A stretch of 64,000 nucleotides of DNA, taken from a virus. Its lineage: Duplodnaviria > Caudoviricetes. The notes under the pieces were generated by a model that saw only the letters and a program-made list of their open reading frames with translations, was not told where the DNA came from and made no database searches. Below are positions 59,036 to 64,000 of the stretch, piece after piece. The stretch lies in IMG/VR virus record IMGVR_UViG_3300038828_000048, positions 1 to 64,000 of that record; one strand, 5' to 3'. Both the position numbers and the translations under genes were made by a program. How positions within the stretch are numbered: position 1 is the stretch's first letter; every line of letters starts with the position of its first letter.

Positions 59036-61063
59036 ATGATACAACCTAATAGTATAAGTATTATAAATTCAATAGTTGTTTGGTCTGGTAAAGTTACAAA
59101 CGGTAATACTCAAAATAATGGAGTAAATATACATTTTGATATACCGAATGATTTTGAATTAGTTTATCAACCTACTTTAACAAAAGGAGTATATAATAAT
59201 ATAACATCTACTGTTATAGTAGATATGTCTCCTAATGAAGTTATTGATTTTAATTTTGTTTTAAAACTAGCCAATACAACCCAAGGGTTTAATTATAATT
59301 ATCACTTTATCGCTAGTGTTACTGGTTTAGATACAATATCTACAAATAATATTTTAGATGATATAGTTAATTATAATACAGCAGCTTGTGGTCCATTAGG
59401 AGGAGGAGTGGAAGATTTTTTTGGTTGTTTATGTATAGACGTATCACTTAACGATACTCCTTGCACAGAAGGTACATCTCAATGGGTATTAAATGCATTA
59501 AGTGTTGTAAATTCTAATTCATATAGATGGGATGCAAATACTGGTAAAGGTAGTTTTACACCAATTGATCCGTCAAAACCTGTAACTGGTACTTATAAAC
59601 TTAATTGTATAAATGGATTATCTGTTGTAGAAGTAAGTTGTGGTGTTCCTTTTACAATTTATCCACAATTAGAAAGCAAAAAAATATTTGATCATAAAGT
59701 TGGTTATAAGTGTGGTGTTGATTTAACAGAAGCAGAAATTATCGTACTTCAATCACAAACACAATATGCATTATTAGATAGTAATGAAATTAGATCTTAT
59801 TGTTGGGATATAATATTAAACAATGACGGAGAAATTGTCGGTGGATTTGCATTAACTTGTAATGAAAAACAAAACACTAGAACTTTTTTTGAATGTAGTA
59901 TAGAAGAATGTGTTGTTATAGATCCACCATGTCCAGATTGTAGTGGAAATCCACAAGGAGATTTACCATCTGATGTATATACAGTAATAAGTGCTTATGA
60001 AGATTATTCTCCAGAAATAGGAGATATAGTATATGTATCACATCCTTTACATAACGCTATTTATAAATGGAATGGGAGTCAATGGAAAATATGGGATTGT
60101 GGATGCCAAGCTAAACCAATAAATGTAGTAGGTTTTGCAATTACAGGTACTACTACTAAAACAGCAACTATTACATTAAGTAATGGCACTACTTTAGAAG
60201 CTGTATTTGATGATATAGACACTGACACAGATACTGATACTAATACTACTTACACATTAGACGATACAACTACTCCAGGTACAATATACCTAAAAGATAA
60301 CACAGGTGCTATTATAAGCACAGTAGTGTTACCTACAGCATCAGGTGATAACTGGGGAACACAAGTAATACAACATGCAGTGGGTAGTGCATCAAGTGGT
60401 GGCGGTACAATATTAGATCCGTTATTAGTAGAAAAATGTTTACCTATAGACTTATTTATACCACCCTTTATAACTGATGTTGGAAATAGTGCCGTATTAA
60501 ATGTTTCTGGTATAACTAATGTAGATACATTGTGGAATACATGGATATGGCAAGCAGCAATAAATTATATACCAGCTATAACACCAAATCCTACGTGGAC
60601 AGATGTACAAACAGGTGGGGTAACTTATACGGTTGGAACAGATGATACAATAGTAAGAGTAGTTCTTACAGATGGTAACTGTACATGGTGGTCGAATGAG
60701 AGTGGATATGAACATGCATTTGATGTTATAGAATGTCCTATTAGATTAGAGGCATTTCTGGGATCAAATGTGGATGTATTCCCTGTAATAACGGGACCAA
60801 ATAATATAGAATATAAAACAAATAATTCTCCAATAAGGCCAGTACTCGCACCCCCGTATTCTCCAAATTCTTTTATATTTCAAGAACTTGGGAATCTTGC
60901 AGGTGGACCCGCATTTACCTGGACAGATGTGCAAACTGGCGAAGATCCAGCATCAGATATATTAAAATATGTTGGGGGAGATGGAAAATTTTACAGAATA
61001 AAATATACACATACTGATGGATGTGTATATTATTCAAATATAGTAGGAACGTATTTTGCATAA
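59036..61063 (+). CDS. Putative fibre/adhesin with Ig-like domains
   Basis: DUF11-like N-terminus, DTDTDT linker, two WTDVQTG repeats. Confidence 0.65.
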   Translation: MIQPNSISIINSIVVWSGKVTNGNTQNNGVNIHFDIPNDFELVYQPTLTKGVYNNITSTVIVDMSPNEVIDFNFVLKLANTTQGFNYNYHFIASVTGLDTISTNNILDDIVNYNTAACGPLGGGVEDFFGCLCIDVSLNDTPCTEGTSQWVLNALSVVNSNSYRWDANTGKGSFTPIDPSKPVTGTYKLNCINGLSVVEVSCGVPFTIYPQLESKKIFDHKVGYKCGVDLTEAEIIVLQSQTQYALLDSNEIRSYCWDIILNNDGEIVGGFALTCNEKQNTRTFFECSIEECVVIDPPCPDCSGNPQGDLPSDVYTVISAYEDYSPEIGDIVYVSHPLHNAIYKWNGSQWKIWDCGCQAKPINVVGFAITGTTTKTATITLSNGTTLEAVFDDIDTDTDTDTNTTYTLDDTTTPGTIYLKDNTGAIISTVVLPTASGDNWGTQVIQHAVGSASSGGGTILDPLLVEKCLPIDLFIPPFITDVGNSAVLNVSGITNVDTLWNTWIWQAAINYIPAITPNPTWTDVQTGGVTYTVGTDDTIVRVVLTDGNCTWWSNESGYEHAFDVIECPIRLEAFLGSNVDVFPVITGPNNIEYKTNNSPIRPVLAPPYSPNSFIFQELGNLAGGPAFTWTDVQTGEDPASDILKYVGGDGKFYRIKYTHTDGCVYYSNIVGTYFA

Positions 61064-61077
61064 AATAAAAAACCGCA

Positions 61078-61836
61078 ATGTCACAACTAACAGATAAGCA
61101 TTTAACAGATATAAGCGATGGTGTAAGATCCATCAATAATAAATTGTGTGAAAATGGTTCTTCTGCATCACAAGTAGAAGTTATTAACGATTGTACAAAA
61201 CCTATTCCTGTATTCTTTTGTAATACAGAAACAAAATTGGATCCTGAAGTAGTATGTTTATCTAATGATGGTGGGGTTTCTATAATTAAAGGATGGGAAG
61301 TATTTGATGTAAGTACAAACCCACCAACAAGTAAGTTTTATATTGGTGGAGTAGAAGTTACAGGATATAGTGTAATACCATGTTCTTCAAACATAAAAGA
61401 TAGAGAAATTATTACTGTCTGTGTAGATGGTAAAGAATGGACTAAAGTAATTGTATTTGAAGCTGACTTGCCCGTAAGTTTTTTATGGTTAGATGAAACA
61501 GATGCTCCAGTAGCAACCCCAGATCCATTATTAATAAATAATATTAAATGTTTACCTTTACAACAAATAGGAATAGAACAGTATTCTGGATTAAGTAACA
61601 CAACACAAAATTCAACATTTAGTGCTAATGAAGTTACTATAACTTACGATACATCTACTTTTACTACATCCCCATTGACTATTACTTTAATATCTAGTAA
61701 TGCATTGGGTAGTAAAGAATTTAAGGTTCAACCCAATACTCAAGAAACTCGAAAATTTAAGTATCCAGTTATAACAGGAGTTATTATATCAGGAGCAGTT
61801 GATAGTAATGTAACAGTAGAATTTCAATTGAATTAA
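61078..61836 (+). CDS. Putative structural protein
   Basis: 252 aa, beta-rich, several Cys. Confidence 0.65.
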   Translation: MSQLTDKHLTDISDGVRSINNKLCENGSSASQVEVINDCTKPIPVFFCNTETKLDPEVVCLSNDGGVSIIKGWEVFDVSTNPPTSKFYIGGVEVTGYSVIPCSSNIKDREIITVCVDGKEWTKVIVFEADLPVSFLWLDETDAPVATPDPLLINNIKCLPLQQIGIEQYSGLSNTTQNSTFSANEVTITYDTSTFTTSPLTITLISSNALGSKEFKVQPNTQETRKFKYPVITGVIISGAVDSNVTVEFQLN

Positions 61837-61856
61837 TTTTAAATATAATATATAAT

Positions 61857-62134
61857 ATGACGACTCATAATTTAATAAAAGATACAGAAGTAGCTGTACG
61901 CCAATGTCTTCAAATCATTAATATTGCAACTAAAGCAGTTATATCATCTTGGGAAAAGGTGATTTTAGTACAGGAACAGTAACTATATTAGGTACTAGTA
62001 GTAATATTCAAGCACTTACTGGTACTGTTGGAGCAACTACATCTTTAGGGGCACACTCAGCAGCAGGGTTAGGATTACGACATTCATTTACAGCTGTTAG
62101 TATTGGGGGTGTTGGTGTTTGGATGAGAATTTGA
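61857..62134 (+). pseudogene. Frameshifted or deletion-remnant gene
   Basis: 41 aa ORF 61857-61982 overlaps a coding-like -1 frame 61949-62134. Confidence 0.45.
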
Positions 62135-62168
62135 TTTTCTTATTTAAAATAAAATAAAATACAAAAAG

Positions 62169-62363
62169 ATGTATGAAATTAGAGATAATAAAATAGTAAA
62201 GATAGATTTAATAGAAGTTATTGATGATATAACATCATAATCTATAATAATTGAGATACAATCTATAAATGATACTATCTCTAATTTAACAGATAAAGTA
62301 ACTAAATTAAATGATGATTTAAAAATAGTCATTGATTTAGAGAATCAATTAAATAATAAATAA
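62169..62363 (+). pseudogene. Small coiled-coil gene interrupted by an in-frame TAA
   Basis: MYEIRDNKIVKIDLIEVIDDITS*SIIIEIQSIND...NNK*; stop at 62238-62240. Confidence 0.5.
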
Positions 62364-62373
62364 AGAAAAAGAA

Positions 62374-64000
62374 ATGAGAAGTTGTGGACGAGTAATTTTT
62401 GAGTATAATAATACACCTTGTAATTGTGTTACATCAGAAACAATTAGTGGATTATATATAAACGGAGGTGCAAATTTTCCATCAAATGCAGCTAATAATT
62501 CGTTACATTTTGTAAAATATGACGATAATGTTGTTGTTTATAAAAAAACAAATACTGGTTGGATAGAAGTGCAAAATTATTCAATAGGTGGTAGTGATAC
62601 CGATACTATTATAAGATTTGTTGAAATATTACCTAGTGGAGAATGGAAGTGGGAAGTATTTGATGTGGTGAATAATGTTGTTATATCGAATTTTAATACA
62701 CCACCTGTAATTGCACAAATACAATCGTTTGAAGAACAAAATGTAAATTATACTGGAACACAATTGCCGATTTCTCCAGGAATAAATATAGGAGATACAA
62801 AAAGAGTAAAGTTCTCTAATTTTGTATATGTAAATTATACATGGGATGGTACAATTTGGGTTAAAAAATATCACGAATGGAATCCTTATACTGAATCATA
62901 TTGGGATGATACTATGCTTTGTGAACCCATTGGTGCGATAAATAGTGGTGATGTATATGTAGCACAATATGGAGTAGGTTTTATAGGTATAGATCCACAA
63001 TATATACCAGAAAACGGTGTTATAATAGTAACTAATTCATGTGGTAAACTACACCTACACTGGGATGGTACTAATTTAATTTTTGATGGTTTTCAAAAAA
63101 TAGAAGAATGGTATGAAAAGAGAATATGTCTAAACACAGCAACACCACCATTTACACCAGTAGATCCTAATAACCCTACTATTACAGAAGTAGAAGCGTG
63201 GAAAAATACTAACTTATCTCTACTAGACCAACAGAATGGTACAATATTAACATATTATGATCCTACTCCTATATATACTATACAACCAACGTTAACTATT
63301 AATAACCCTAATTCAGGATTTTCAGTATATTCATATAGAATTACATCATGTATAATAAATAGTACAGAGTTGTTAACAGCTCCTATTGATGTGTGGATAG
63401 CAAATTCTTATGTATATATAGGTCAAATAGGTACTCTTATTAGAAATTATTTTACTAGCAATAATATAATAGGACAAGTAGATGATGGTGCATTTGGTGA
63501 AACAAATGATGTTTTTATATATGGAGTTCAAGGAAGTACGTTAAGTTTTTCAATGACTACCGAATATAGCTTAGATGTAACTCCTACTACATTCGTAACA
63601 ACAACTGTTTCGGGTACTACTACAGCAACATTAGCTCCACAAGTATATGATTGTAATACCCCTTTATACACATTTATTTTAAATAAAAATAATACTATAT
63701 CTAAAATATCACAACCAGAATCTTTGTTTTTTAAAGAACAAACTATTATTGATGCTGGTGTAGATAAATATGGAAGAATATATCGATATGGTTATATAGG
63801 TATAGGTATGAATAGACCTAAAGCACCTTTGCATATATTGGGTTTAGGTGATTCATCAGAACCTTATTTATCAGATGCAGCAATATATATAGGCGGAAAT
63901 GGGAAAAAAATTTATTGGGGGGATAACTTTAAAACTCCTGAAAGTGGAATTAATGTACATAATTTGTCTTTAGGAGAATGGAACGGAGATAGTGACGCTT
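62374..64000 (+). CDS. Tail fibre-like protein (partial, runs off the right edge)
   Basis: Open from ATG 62374 to the end; WDG motifs; GYIGIGMNRPKAPLHI fibre repeat. Confidence 0.75.
   Translation, partial: MRSCGRVIFEYNNTPCNCVTSETISGLYINGGANFPSNAANNSLHFVKYDDNVVVYKKTNTGWIEVQNYSIGGSDTDTIIRFVEILPSGEWKWEVFDVVNNVVISNFNTPPVIAQIQSFEEQNVNYTGTQLPISPGINIGDTKRVKFSNFVYVNYTWDGTIWVKKYHEWNPYTESYWDDTMLCEPIGAINSGDVYVAQYGVGFIGIDPQYIPENGVIIVTNSCGKLHLHWDGTNLIFDGFQKIEEWYEKRICLNTATPPFTPVDPNNPTITEVEAWKNTNLSLLDQQNGTILTYYDPTPIYTIQPTLTINNPNSGFSVYSYRITSCIINSTELLTAPIDVWIANSYVYIGQIGTLIRNYFTSNNIIGQVDDGAFGETNDVFIYGVQGSTLSFSMTTEYSLDVTPTTFVTTTVSGTTTATLAPQVYDCNTPLYTFILNKNNTISKISQPESLFFKEQTIIDAGVDKYGRIYRYGYIGIGMNRPKAPLHILGLGDSSEPYLSDAAIYIGGNGKKIYWGDNFKTPESGINVHNLSLGEWNGDSDA

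Noticed and set aside
193-62874. Short ORFs antisense to or nested in real genes (e.g. 193-420, 230-469, 6685-6900, 18577-18852, 20213-20488, 25353-25688, 26936-27196, 50727-51094, 56220-57523, 60497-62874)
   Set aside because: They are shadow frames overlapping better-supported genes or the intron core.
1-64000. Genome-wide TAG or TGA stop-codon reassignment
   Set aside because: Long genes (terL, portal, major capsid, rIIA) are intact in the standard code, and TAG ends several genes at normal boundaries (9940, 22677, 30556, 31434, 31896).
1-64000. Integrase, reverse transcriptase/DGR, tRNA genes
   Set aside because: No tyrosine-recombinase or RT motifs, TR/VR pair or cloverleaf was recognised by eye; they could lie outside the window.

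Overview
A very AT-rich 64 kb segment of a crAss-like (Crassvirales-type) dsDNA phage, probably infecting a Bacteroidota host (TAnnTTTG promoters, A-rich start regions without Shine-Dalgarno). From 1 to about 43.1 kb the genes are on the minus strand. They include a replication module (family B DNA polymerase split by a group I intron carrying a GIY-YIG endonuclease, SF2 helicase, DnaB-like helicase, AAA ATPase, probable SSB, primase, uracil-DNA glycosylase), a vWA-metallopeptidase/MoxR pair, rIIA, a Tad2-like protein and many small early genes. From about 43.1 kb the genes are on the plus strand: terminase, portal, scaffold, major capsid and Cys-rich structural/fibre proteins. Three things stand out. 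(1) At the left edge (about 110-1875) is an array of integron attC-like hairpins with cassette-matched complementary cores, carrying ORFs in inverted orientation, with no integrase in the window. (2) A probable large pseudoknotted ncRNA with its own promoter and terminator lies at about 38.95-39.35 kb, beside three tandem paralogous unknown genes and a Cas4-like nuclease. (3) A second, roughly 175-nt structured element lies at 31.2-31.37 kb. All calls come from reading motifs by eye; no searches or folding programs were run.
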